Shown here: piece after piece, positions 37,278 through 50,080 of the stretch
Layout of the letters: each line of letters opens with the position of its first letter
Position numbering within the stretch: position 1 is the stretch's first letter
Assembly: GCA_026025075.1 (NCBI GenBank)
Contig: JAPEUI010000041.1
Span: forward strand, 62,001-126,000
Direction of reading: 5' to 3'
DNA: 64,000 nucleotides
DNA from: Vezdaea acicularis
Taxonomy: Eukaryota
Notes under the pieces: model-generated
Databases searched by the model: none
What the model was told of the DNA's origin: nothing
The model's input: the letters and a program-made list of their open reading frames with translations, nothing else
Position numbers and translations under genes: made by a program

Positions 37278-38270
37278 CTATTTTCCCCCACCAAACGAAA
37301 CGCCATAGGACATCGCCGTGTCCATATCAATCTGTTCCCCGTAATTCACTCCGACCGTGTTATTCCCCCACTGATCGCTCGGTAAGTCGAACTTGCTCGC
37401 GCAAGTTGCTTGAGTGTTGTTCAACGAGAACCCCGTTTGGTAAGCAAAGCTTGCCATCAGGACGAAACTCGAAGGGTTGTACGTCGCATAGCTGTATCTT
37501 CCACGCGCCAGATCCCGGAACAAGGTGCTGTTTCCAGGATTTGATTGAGACCTGAGTTTGATGCAATCGTCCACGTTTTCGACTTCACCTAACATTGGTA
37601 CCTGCACGATCTCAGGGATGAGAAGGAGCTCATGAAGTAATATCTGGCCAAGGGTTATGTTGGCCGTTAAGGGTGCCGAGCAGGGGGATGGTTCGTCTCC
37701 ATAGGCGTTGAACGCCTTATCACAGATGACAGTGTCCCATGTATTCGCGATAGTCGTGCCATTGACGCTGAAGAGGCTTGGAACATATGCCAATATTTGG
37801 TTATCGCATTTTCTGAGACGATCGGTGCAGGCAAGGATGATCGCGGGCGCTCCTGGCACTTGGAACGGTATGCCGTTCAATTTCTGGAGGACATCTATGA
37901 CAAGGCCAATATCGGTGTTGTTGAAAAAAGAACGAAAGGGGTCTTTTCGTGGGTCTGTTACGCCCGTTGGGGATGGAGTTTGTGCTGCAGACTGTGCAGC
38001 CGCGATACCAGCCCCAACTATAGCGCTGAAACCTCCACCTGCCACAGTCAACTGAGATTGGCGTACTGTATTTGTCGGACAGTCATTCGGGTTAAGGAAG
38101 AAGCCTGCTGTTGGTGGATTGCTAGTTGTTGAAGGACTTGAGGTCGATGTCGCTCGTATATCAAGAGCCTTGGCTGCTGTAGAGACTGCTACCCTCTCAT
38201 GAAGAGGTGATCCTAAAACGTGGAGTGCCAGCGCTAGGCAGAGCCCTAGCGCTATTCGAGGCGGTGACAT
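37278..38270 (-). CDS. Secreted M35/deuterolysin-like protein with degenerate zinc motif (HELLL)
   Basis: Signal peptide, Ser/Thr linker, PFRSFF, C.D...C...LAY, ICDKAF, QILLHELLLIPEI and NPSSF. Cys spacing and motif order resemble M35 catalytic domains. Confidence 0.55.
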   Translation of the reverse strand: MSPPRIALGLCLALALHVLGSPLHERVAVSTAAKALDIRATSTSSPSTTSNPPTAGFFLNPNDCPTNTVRQSQLTVAGGGFSAIVGAGIAAAQSAAQTPSPTGVTDPRKDPFRSFFNNTDIGLVIDVLQKLNGIPFQVPGAPAIILACTDRLRKCDNQILAYVPSLFSVNGTTIANTWDTVICDKAFNAYGDEPSPCSAPLTANITLGQILLHELLLIPEIVQVPMLGEVENVDDCIKLRSQSNPGNSTLFRDLARGRYSYATYNPSSFVLMASFAYQTGFSLNNTQATCASKFDLPSDQWGNNTVGVNYGEQIDMDTAMSYGVSFGGGK

Positions 38271-38759
38271 AGTGGGAGTTGAAGTCTTGAACTTATGTGC
38301 AGGAAGACCAAATGACAATGTAGAAGTAACCGCGCCAGCACGAGAAATGAGGGTTTGTAACTTCAAGGGCAGTGTTGAGAATAGAATTGATGACCCCTCA
38401 GAGGGAACCCTTAAGGCTTTTCTAGTGCGGTAAAATGTGCCAAAAACAGGAATCACAAGGCCCGACCTGTGCCCGTGATGTTTGTCTCGGGCAATGGGGC
38501 AATCAAAACGCTTACACAACTGCCTTGCTAGTGATTCAAAACCTTCTGGAACGCCCCATCCCTTGAGTAAGCCCTCGGCCTGTGGGCGGGGCTAGGTAAG
38601 TGCTGTCTTACGCTCGATCTGAAACGCGGTCTTGGGTCGTTACGTCGGATGGCTAATGCATTGGCGATCGTGCGGAGGTTCGCTTGTCGGCTTGCGTTCG
38701 ATGATGGAGGGGGCCGCACAGACCAATTGTGGAGGAAGGCCGTGATGCAATGGTAATCT

Positions 38760-40626
38760 CAGCGCCATACACCGTGGCTGAACAGGTATGAAAATGCCCT
38801 GTTCTCATTCGAAGTCTGCATCCGTCGAGATTCCTGATGCCGGTAGATCAATTGAGATCGATCGGCAAGATTATCAGAGGAGCCCGTTATGTTGCTCTCA
38901 TTCTCCTCCAAGTTACTTGATCTTACAGAGATCCAATACATACGGCTCATGGTTCTTCTTTGCGAGCGCTGAAGTCTTGCAGCCTAAAAGAGATCAAAAG
39001 CTCTGGATGAAGAATCCGGCTGAACTTGGACAAAGCCAGCTCCGCGCTTTTACCGACAAGCGTCATTCTGAGGTGGTGTTCGACAGGGCAAACATTACCA
39101 TAATTGACTCTGCTTGCTGCTGATAGATATCGTTTACACTTCTAATTACGACTTTGATTGGCTCTTTCGATATTTATGGTTCGCCGTCAAGAGTATTGAG
39201 GACAGTACCAGACGTATTGACCATGTATGCGCTAAGAGATTCAGATCGGGCCTCGTAATTCCTCTGCTGCCATCGGTGGGTGCGGGTATTGGTAAGCAGA
39301 AATGTTTATTCTTAGGCTCAGCAAGCAATTGATAACTTCTATATGTGACTCGATTTTGGCTTTTAAATCCCTTAAAGAGGATATAGAGCCTTGCTTGTAT
39401 CGCCTTTCTTCTTATTAGCATCCCCAAATAGCTCTAGGGGAGTAGTCCACACTGACTAGTAATTTGCCCATCATTTTCATGTAGAATGTAGCCTGCCTAA
39501 GCCGTCGGCCAATGTTACATCATCTACTAAATTTGAGACGATTTGTTGTGGAATTCGACTGGGGTAGCGCGCATCAGTCTCATTTCGCTAGGCGGCTATG
39601 GACCTTTAAGTTCTCGTCACCTAAGCTAATACGTTAGCAAGCAACCATTGAGATACGAATAAAAATTTAGTAAGAAAGGAATAGCTTCTGATTTATGAAA
39701 GAGCGCATTTCAGGAGGGGGTTTATAGAACCAAATGCTATAAGTTGGCGGGTTGATCGTAGAGGCAAGCGGCAAACTCACTCTCTTGTGTAAGCTTGAGA
39801 GCGGAACCCTTGCAAAATAATAAGATAGCTTTATAGCTTTAGCCGTAAGCAATCTTCTCTGCTCTGATGGCTCTTGGTAGGCTCTATGTCTACAACTCTT
39901 CTAAACCAGGTCAAAACTTACTCCATGACCTTCCAGAAAACCTCTTAACTAAGGTGCGCCTAGTAGGGCAACGTCGCTGTATAATTTGCGATACTTTTGC
40001 GTTTGACGACCCTACTCATCTATGGATGTCCGTACAACCAATCTCAAAGCTTCCCGTGTGATGAACCGATCTGCTTTGAGATGTTCCCAGTGATTGTTAA
40101 AGATTCCAGGGTATCTGCAGCAACGCCTTCCAAATTTTGACTGCACCATTCAACTTTGGTCTTCCTCCTTGTATTGACTGAATGATTACGCTTAAAGGTA
40201 AATCTCGTAAAAGCTGACCTGGTATAATCTTCAAAGTGATGACGCCCTGTCAAGTGAGAACATCGCTCTCCACATTGATCGCCAGTACGTGACTCGGCTT
40301 ATATCTTGCAGTGTGATAACGTTGGACATGTTCCGTCAGATCTAAAGACTTCCGTGAGAAGCTGATATGGTTGTTCTTCGTATGGCTAGAGTCAAGGATC
40401 GTACCGCACTGTTGTGACTGGGACTTTTGAATCCGTTGATAGGTGGCAGATAACGATCTGGTTGCCGGACCCTGACTTCTAGACTCTCAAGGTCCTCGAT
40501 AAACAGTTGATAATCTGTGAAAGCGTGTCCACGTTCATACGATGCATTGATAATATTTGCGATGATCCGGGGTGGGTTTTCGGATGTTCTCCGTTAAGGA
40601 TTAAATCCAACCGCATCTATAAGCAT
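38760..40626 (-). pseudogene. Possible decayed gene relic
   Basis: Minus-strand intron-like element (gtaagg ~40772 .. ttaac.ttacag ~40627), followed by MLIDAVGFNP*RRTSENPPRIIANIINASYERGHAFTDYQLFIEDLESLEV and further stop-broken coding-like fragments in AT-richer DNA. Confidence 0.3.
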
Positions 40627-41544
40627 CTGTAAGTTAACAACCAATTAAGACATTACTGATCTCTTGTATCACTGTACACTAAACGACCGTCAAAAAGGTC
40701 CTGACTAACAGTAATCATGATAGGCCAGGGGATTTGTATCTGATTGAATAACGAAGGTGAAGTCTTCCTTACGATTGAAAGAACCAGAAACAAAAAAACA
40801 GATAAGCGGAAATGAAAACTTGGCTGTAAAACCCAAGACCAAGCAACGTCGAAAGGCGCATGCCTAGGGCATCCGCTTATAGCCCGCCCAGCTCATGAGA
40901 CTGTGTGGCGACTCCGCTCCTGCGCAAGACCGGCATCACCTGTGCCTGTAAGGATGTAGCGTACGAGCAGGGAGCGGCTAGGATCAATCCGGATAAGTGA
41001 TGCGGGACTCAGTGGGCACGCAGTAGACACGCAGGCGGCACGCAATAGATGATAGAATGGTTTAGTAGTCAATAGTAGGTATCTATACGATTGAATACTG
41101 AGGAGCTATTCTACAGTGCTTCCCCGCTTTGCCATATGACAGTAGTCACGTGACGCAGGGGTAGCGCGGGCTTGCCGTAGGGACGGTCACGGGCAGGCGG
41201 GTTCATGACAGTGCCCCTTTAGATAAGATTTATAGATCCCCTAAATTCGATGGTATATAGACAACTATTGCCTATTTCATTACATCTACCTTTCTTTAGT
41301 ACCACTTGCTTCTCTGCGCGACGCCTACGCCCATTTCACCTCAAGCCTATTCCAAGCACTGCTCATGCATGCACATATGACTGCCTGCCTTTCATATCTG
41401 GTCTGATATTGCTAGGTACGGTAAGGGTATGGGGATAGGCATTTCATCTGGTTTTAGGGTCCAAAAGCGATCGGGGGATCTCGGGAATGCGCTTGGCTGG
41501 GGGACTTGTCATCATGTCCTCACCTTTATATGAGATAAGCCATC

Positions 41545-41610
41545 TTATCACGTGATATGGCGCTTACAACGCGTTCCCTCGCTTGATACATCGCGTCGTG
41601 CACCGCGTTG
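41545..41610 (+). promoter_or_regulatory. MCB-like (ACGCGT/CGCGT) and CACGTG elements upstream of RAD54
   Basis: ACGCGT at 41569-41574, two more CGCGT cores at ~41592 and ~41604, and palindrome ATCACGTGAT at ~41547-41556. MCB boxes are typical of G1/S DNA repair genes. Confidence 0.45.
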
Positions 41611-41682
41611 AGTTTCCGCTCGCCACTTCGTTGTCAACCCATCTTACGTTAAGGAGTCCGTTTCGACAACAATTCGGCCCAA

Positions 41683-44287
41683 ATGTAAGTGACCTTGCCT
41701 ACCTTCCTAATTCTTGACCTTCCATGTGATGTTGCAAATACAAAGCTTATAGGACAACAATACAGGCAGCAACCCAAAGCTGTATCTAACAGTGAGACCT
41801 CTGCACAATCTACGGCCCGCATACGCAGGACGTTACGACTGAACGGAAAGGCGCCGACGACTGCAGACCGACTTGTTAGGCCATTCAAATGCCCGGGCAA
41901 CGCGGTTTCGACAAGGGTCTCGGACAAACCAGCTAGAAAAAGGCGTAAGGTAGACTACGGAGGTGCGGACGCAAATGTCGAGGAAAACGATAAATTATGG
42001 TCAAACGATGATCGACTTGCTCTCGGGAACCGCGATGTCAACAAATATGGCGTTTTCAAGGTCAAGGATAAAGATATGATATTTCGAAAGAGATTTGTGG
42101 CACCAATGATTGACAAAAACGTCGGCGGATACATCAGTTCAAGAAATGTTCCCCCCCTTGGGATGAGAAGAGGTGCAGTCTTTGTCGCAAAGCCTCTTCA
42201 TGACCCCAGTGGAGAATTTGCCATAGTTCTTTACGATCCAACTACAGATGACAAATCCAAAACGGATAAGGACGACCGGAAAGAGGAAGAGAAGCCGAAA
42301 TTAGACGTGCCAATTATGCATAGGAGTCTGGCGGATATCCTTGGTCTTAAGAAGCAAGTAAACGACAACCCGCAAGTTCCAGTCGTCATAGATCCAAGAC
42401 TTGCGAAGGTTCTCAGGCCACATCAAGTCGAAGGGGTCAAATTCCTTTATCGCTGTACTACCGGATTGCTAGACCCAAAAGCGAACGGTTGCATCATGGC
42501 GGATGAGATGGGTTTAGGAAAGACTCTGCAGTGTATCACTCTTATGTGGACCTTGCTCAAGCAGTCACCAGAACCCGGGAGGTCAACTATACAGAAATGT
42601 GTGATCGCATGTCCATCTAGTCTGGTGAGGAATTGGGCGAATGAGCTTGTAAAGTGGCTGGGTAAGGATGCAGTGACCCCATTTGCAATTGATGGTAAGG
42701 CATCAAAGACTGAATTAACGTCTCAACTCCGACAATGGTGCATTGCCAGTGGGCGTTCTGTTGTCAGACCGGTATTGATTGTATCATACGAAACCCTGCG
42801 CCTGAACGTCGATGAGCTTAAGAACACCCCAATTGGACTCCTTCTGTGTGACGAGGGTCATCGGCTCAAGAATGGGGAGAGTCAAACATTCACCGCTCTT
42901 GACAGCCTGAACGTCGACAGACGTGTCATCCTATCTGGAACACCAATCCAGAATGATTTGTCAGAATACTTCTCGCTCCTAAATTTTGCAAACCCTAATC
43001 TTCTTGGAACGCGCAACGACTTTCGAAAACAATACGAACTGCCAATTCTTCGGGGTCGCGATGCAGCCGGCACAGATGTAGATAGGAAGAAAGGTGACGA
43101 GCGTTTAGCAGAGCTCCTAACCCTAGTCAATAAGTTCATCATCCGCAGGACTAACGATATCCTGTCAAAATATTTACCGGTCAAATACGAGCATGTGGTC
43201 TTTTGTAACCTCGCACCGTTTCAGATGGATCTCTATAACTACTTCATCAGGAGTCCGGATATTAAGCTGCTTCTACGAGGAAAGGGTAGCCAACCGTTGA
43301 AAGCTATAGGCATGCTTAAGAAACTCTGCAACCACCCTGATCTTCTTGACTTATCGGTTGATTTGCCTGGATCGGAGGAGTTTTTCCCAGAAGATTACGT
43401 TCCCAAAGAATCGCGGGGACGCGATAGAGAAGTCAAGTCGTGGTACTCTGGTAAGATGCAAGTATTAGATAGGTCAGTTGTATTGAGTCTTAATCTCCAT
43501 GTTTAAAGCTAATAGAAGTAGAATGCTTGCTCGAATTCGAGCAGACACAAACGATAAGATAGTCCTCATCAGCAATTACACATCGACCTTAGATATCTTT
43601 GACCGACTTTGCCGATCAAGAGGCTACGGGTCCCTTCGCCTGGACGGGACAATGAACGTAAATAAGCGTCAAAAGTTAGTAGATAAGTTTAATGACCCTA
43701 ATGGCGAGGAGTTTGTTTTCCTCCTGAGCAGTAAGGCCGGAGGCTGTGGCCTGAACTTGATAGGAGCAAACAGACTTGTACTCTTTGATCCCGACTGGAA
43801 CCCTGCAGCCGATCAGCAAGCACTCGCGCGTGTATGGCGGGATGGCCAGAAGAAAGACTGCTTCGTCTACAGGTTCATTGCGACAGGGACAATCGAGGAG
43901 AAGATTTTTCAGCGACAGTCGCACAAGCAATCGCTTTCCTCATGTGTTGTAGACTCTGCAGAGGACGTACAGCGTCACTTCACCTTGGATAGCCTTCGCG
44001 AGCTCTTTCAATTCAAACCAGAAACTACCTCTGACACCCATGACACGTTCAAGTGCAAGCGATGCAAGCCAGATGGTACACAGGCGATCAAGGCGCCAGC
44101 AATGCTTTACGGAGACACGAGCACATGGAATCACTTCGTCAATACTGGATTAGAGCCAATTCAGGACCTGTTGCTAAGGCAAGAATTTGGAAACCAAGAA
44201 GTCAGCGCAGTGTTCCAGTATATATCTCACGTAAGAAGCTCTCAATTCTTAGAGGTTGACGTCTACTAATTAATGTGTTACAAGTAA
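41683..44287 (+). CDS. RAD54: DNA repair and recombination ATPase Rad54 (SNF2 family)
   Basis: [54 protein letters not shown] and C-terminal FQYISH. Confidence 0.96.
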
Positions 44288-44834
44288 TATGGTTGACTCC
44301 AATTCGCTGGAGTAAAACCTGGTTTTTCCCCCTTGATTTTAAGGCCTTGGAATACGTATAAATAGCTTTATCTTTGGCGCTTGAACTCGCGACACCATAG
44401 GAGCTTGAAAGGGAAAGCGCTGAGCTGCTCATCACAAGCATTCATGTAGGAAATGAAGAAAATTCTTGGATCGATGCTGCAATAATCGAGAGTGAACCCT
44501 CGCCCTGTTTGAACATATCGTCATTCGCTTGCGGAGAAGTCCGAGAGCTGGATATCAAACTTCCACTTCCTATGATCATTGTACTTGTACGTGAGCAGAG
44601 GACTCGAAGCTTGAGCTCTGAAACAGATGACTTAAAGTCTGATTATAATTTTTAGCCACTGATTAATTCATGTAATCAATTGAGGCGATGAACCAAATTC
44701 TGTTGATTGGATTGCCGACTTCCGTGTGAAACCAACAACCCAAATCTGGGTTCACCATCTACGACACCAGCCCCAATGAGTGTACAAGGGTGATATGTAA
44801 GCTTTAAGCACCTGCCGCATGAAAATCCAAAGCA

Positions 44835-47800
44835 ATGGAAGCTGCTATACAACGACTACTGAATGATAAACTATACGACAAAAGAAAGATTGGGGCTCTT
44901 GAGTATGTATACATAAGAGGAATAGTAGCGGTCGAAGGATTGAACTGACATGATGTCTCCATAACAGTCTTGAGAGAGTTGTGCGCGAAGCGACTGCAAG
45001 TGGGGATCACAATAAGGTGAAGAAAATCATCGACCAGCTCTGCCACGAGTATGCGTATGCAGTCCACCAGCCCCATGCGCGGAATGGCGGTCTTATCGGC
45101 CTGGCTGCAGCATCGATAGCGCTGGGACCAGTACGTAATTTACTATGTCATTTGCTTCAAATATGGATGCTGATCTCACAGCAGGAAGTTGCCCATCATC
45201 TAGAAGAGATTATTCCTCCGGTCCTCGCATGTTTCACCGATCAAGATGCTCGGGTACGCTATTACGCTTGTGAGGCAATGTATAATATTGCAAAGGTTGC
45301 TAAGGGTGAAATATTACCATTTTTCAACTCGGTGTTTGATGCTCTCTGCAAAGTGAGTCTGCGAGTGCTCACGTATTCTTATCTATAGAGTATACGACAC
45401 TAATATTGACGGCAAGCTCGCTGCAGACTCCGAGCTATCCGTCAAGAATGGCGCAGAGCTTCTGGATCGTCTAGTCAAAGATATCGTATCAGAATCAGCT
45501 GCTACATATGTATCTGTGCTTCACCATTCCGATCAAGTCTTAGCTGGCCCAGAGGTCGAGCCGTATGAACCAGATTCAGAATCTGAATTGTCGACTGCTT
45601 TTTCTCTAGCTCGCTTTATTCCTCTACTGAAAGAAAGAATATATGTCATCAATCCGTTCACTAGAACTTTCCTTGTGTCCTGGATCACTCTTTTAGATTC
45701 GATACCCGACCTCGAGCTAGTATCATATCTTCCCGCCTTTCTGGGTGGCTTGTTCAAGTTTCTAAGTGATCCCAATAGGGACGTTCATGTTGCGACGCAA
45801 AATTTACTTGAGAAACTTCTGGCAGAGATAAGACGTATTGCCCGAATAAAGCAAGGGATCGAGGATAGTCGGAAGGGACGAAACGAAAACAAGAGTAAAC
45901 GCTCAACGTCCAGCAACAGCGGCAGCGCCCCTAGCCCTCGAGAAGCTCCGAAGGATTACTTGGAGACCTTTGATGTAGACAGTGACTCGGCAACAGCAAA
46001 GGATGGACCGGATGGTAGCTCCGATGATGACTGGGTACCCGGTCAGGACGTCAACGTAGATCATGCTGAAATTCTTGAGATTCTAGTGACATTCTTAGAC
46101 TCAACTTCAGGTACTTTTATGTTTTAGTCTTTAGTATTTAGAGGGTGCGCTGACTGCTAGACTCAGAGGAAGAGATTCAACTCACTGCTATTCGTTGGAT
46201 TGATAGCTTCTTTGAGATATGTCCAGAGGATATCTTGTCTTTTGTGCCACGCCTCTTGGCCCAAGTTCTACCAGCAATGGCAAGTGATGTTGACCAAGTC
46301 CGCCAGGCAGCAAACCGTGTCAATACTTCGTTGATGGATTACATAAAATCTTTAGCGGAGGAGGTAAAAGCGCCTGACTCTATGCCTCCGCCACCTAGCC
46401 GTCTATCAACAGCAGCTCCGAGGGAGAGCATCTCTACAGAACGCAGAGACTCTACTCCGGCTGGAAGGCCTTCTGGCCTTGCATCGCGTGATTCAGAGAG
46501 GCGTGGGATTGAAGCAAAATCTATGGATACTGAAATTCAATCACAACTGCAGTCTACACTACTGAAGCCTCCGTCACCACAACCAATGGTGGACTTAGAC
46601 TATGGAGCTGCAGTTAATTCTTTGACCTTACTGTTCTTGAACGAGCACGAAGCAACCAGAGTTGCAGCACTGTCCTGGTTGCTAATGTTACATAGAAAAG
46701 CACCCCGGAAGGTATGCACATCGTTAGTCATGTTGAGACAACGGCTAACGTTCTGAAGGTGCTTGCGATAAATGATGGGACATTCCCAGCTCTTTTGAAA
46801 ACATTATCAGACCCCGCTGAAAAAGTCGTTACCAGGGATCTTCAGTTGCTTTCGCAGATAGCAAAGAATAGTGATGATGACTATTTTTCTTCATTTATGG
46901 TTAACCTCCTTCAGCTCTTCTGTACGGATCGACGACTGTTAGAAACAAGGGGCAACCTTATAATTCGCCAACTTTGCATGAGTTTAAGTGCTGAACGCAT
47001 ATATCGAACTCTAGCGGATTGTATCGAGAAGGAAGAAGTCTGTAAGCAAGTTCTAGTTTACGTGCGCGACTGACAGTCTTCCAGGATGTTGAGTTTGCTA
47101 GTATCATGGTTCAGAATCTCAATAATAATCTCATAACGGCCCCAGAACTGGCAGAGCTGAGGAAGAGGCTGCGGAATCTCGAGACTAGAGTAAGGTTTAA
47201 GAGCACCTTAAGGCCGTTTTATCGCTGACTTGACAGGATGGCCAAACATTCTTCGTCGCGCTATTCAGGTCATGGTGCCATAATTCAGTAGCAACCTTCT
47301 CCTTATGCCTGCTTGCTCAGGCGTACGAGCAAGCATACAATCTTCTTCAAATTTTGTGAGCAACTGAAACCTTAAGCTGCCTTGCTCCTTGCTAATGCTT
47401 TGCAGCGCCGAATTAGAGATGACTGTAAACATGCTCATCCAGATAGACAAGCTCGTCCAACTCCTTGAATCCCCAGTATTCACATGTACCTCCCCCCCTC
47501 ATATACCTAGAGAGATCCCTTACTTACCACGTTACAGACCTCCGCCTCCAGCTCCTCGAGCCAGACAGGTATCCGCACCTCTACAAGTGCCTTTACGGCC
47601 TCCTAATGCTCCTCCCTCAATCTTCCGCCTTCGCCGCCTTGAAGAACCGCCTCAACAGCGTTTCCGCAATTGGCTACCTCCACATCAACCCGCGCCTGTG
47701 AGCTCTCACCCCTTCAATTCCCACTCTATACCTACCAACCTAAGCTAATCTCCCCAACCCAGCCCCTCAACAACCACCAACTCCACCTACGAGCGCCCCA

Positions 47801-48102
47801 ACCGCCTCAAGGGCCGCGAAGATGGCAGTATCAAATGGGGCGAACTCCTCGAAAAGTTCCGCTCCGTGCAAGAGAAGGCCCGACGCGCTCAGCGCATGCA
47901 AGGCGACTTTCCGCTCGATCTCTCGCCCGAACCAGCGCCCCAGGAGAAGCTGGCCCTGCAGCCCCCGAACCCGCAACCGCCACCACAGCCGGCACCGCCG
48001 ACGCAGTTGCCGGCCCCGCAGGGCCATAAGCCACGGCATAGTTTGAGCAACCTAGGACGCTTTACGGGCGGGATCGGCAGAAAGGAGAAGAACAAGAAGT
48101 GA
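44835..48102 (+). CDS. VAC14: PI(3,5)P2 regulatory scaffold Vac14
   Basis: [67 protein letters not shown] and [11 protein letters not shown]. About 9 introns. Confidence 0.94.
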
Positions 48103-48486
48103 AGTTTGGGTGGTGTTGAAGCAGTAGGAGCGGTGTTGCTGGCGTTTCTCATACGGCAATACGCGCATGTCCTAGTATGCTAGACGGCTAAAGTGTCTGC
48201 TGTTTGTAGCACTGTGTTTGATCTCGCCTATATGTTGCTGCGTACTCTATTGTACACAACTCGCGAGTCTGACTCAAGCCGTCGATATTACCATTATTTT
48301 TACTTTTACTATTATCACCATACCTCCAAGATATTCCCCTGCATGTCTCTGCATTTACCATGCACGCTTCGCACGTAAATGCTGCATATGCTATGCTCCC
48401 AAGATCCTGCGTATGCTCTCTTTTTCGAGCAGCCTACTTCTTACTTCTTAGCTTCTCCTATCCCTGTTCTCTTTCACCATTCCATA

Positions 48487-49093
48487 CTACGATGCTCTTG
48501 CCCTTGCGCTCCTGGACCCGTTCCTCGGCCCGCGTGTGTCAACACCCAACTCCTTAAATTCCCGTACATTCAATCCCGCACCACTATTTCCGCCTACGAC
48601 TGTACTACTCCTCTTTGAGCCCCTGGATGTGGGGTTTGGGCTCAGGCCAGGCTTTGCATTACTGCCACCACCAACGTCAAACTTTGCGTTGGAGCTTGAA
48701 CTAAATCTACGTCGGGTGCTGGAGGAGTTCGATTTAGTGTTTGCGGGGCGGGGGAGGGAAGAGGTGGAGTTGTATTTCGAGTTACGGGAGGTTTTGGAGG
48801 AGATGGTAGACGTGGTTATAGGGTGGATTATGTAATCACCGTCTATGTACTCGAATTTGGGAGGTGGGGCCCGGGAGCGTCGCTGGGTATAACGCGCGGA
48901 GAGGCGGTGATGCTCAATGTCTGTTTTAGAGAGAGGGTTAGAACTTGAGGAGAGGGTAAGGAGGCGGGGAAGGGGAATTTGGGGGAAAAGCGGAATTGGA
49001 GGCATCTGGAGTGGTGGAGAGGCACGTACGTGATCGAAGCCGTTGTATGAACTTCAATTTGGGCATGGTGAAGGCGGTAGAGAGGTTGTCCAT
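48487..49093 (-). CDS. Small basic Ser-rich hypothetical protein, 2 exons
   Basis: MDNLSTAFTMPKLKFIQRLRS, then an intron (gtacgt..ctaac..cag) joining in frame to HIEHHRLSARYTQRR..EYIDGDYI. Confidence 0.5.
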
Positions 49094-50080
49094 GGCTTCT
49101 ACAGCGAGCATTGGCCTTGTGTTCGCCTGGCTAACAGGTGAGGCGGATGAGGTGGAGGTGTGGCTAGGATTAGAATTATGGAGATCGATGTCGTTTTTCT
49201 ACAATTATTGCAAGGCGGTTGTGTTAGGTATAACTCAATGCGTATGAAAGCGGGAAGAGAAGTTCGAGCGATAGTTTGAGTGATGTTGAAAGATGGAGAT
49301 TGAGATCGAGGAAAGGTACGAGTATTCCGAGAACAGGTCTGGTTTGGAAGGAACGATGGTGTGGTAGTCTTGGTCGAATTGATCGAGTCCAGCTCTTGCA
49401 AGGAGGAAACAAAGATAAAGAGCGACGACGGGAAAAGTCTTGACCCGCGAGGAAAAGGAAGGTGCGTGTAATAAGACTTCTTCGCTGGAAAACTTCACGC
49501 CGATTAGGAGGTCTCGTTAGGAAATAGCTGCCTGCCCGATACAGCCTATTTAGCGAGTCGTTCGTCCGTTAAGCGGCAGCCAGAGGCGCGACAGGGGCAG
49601 TCTTTTGGGCCTGACCTAGCGCCCGCCAAGGCTCTTCTTAGCCACGGAACTAATAGGAGCGACGGCCGGGGTAATTCATCGGCTCCGGCAGTTTCGAGTT
49701 GTAACACTAGACATGCGAAGGTTGGGGATCAGCACGCCACTGCTGAGACTCTGACCCGCAATCTATTGTCGTGGTGAGGAGAGGGGCAGCGGTGACGGAG
49801 TCTGTCCTCGAACAAGTTTTAGCGTCAACACCGGTATTTGGCTGCTATTTCAGATCTGCCAGTCACAGGGATGGAATGCGAGTCGAGTTTCAAACAGTCA
49901 AAGCCAAGCAATGGTCAGATCACCATTTATCGACACAAATCTCATTAGGTGGTGATCGGACTATCTCTGGCAAAACGAGTGATCCAGCTCGGGGTATCAT
50001 CCAAAAGCAGAAACGCCGTAGTTACCCAGAAAAAGCCAACACATAGCTTGGCTTCAGCCCGCGTAATGTGAATCGGTCAG

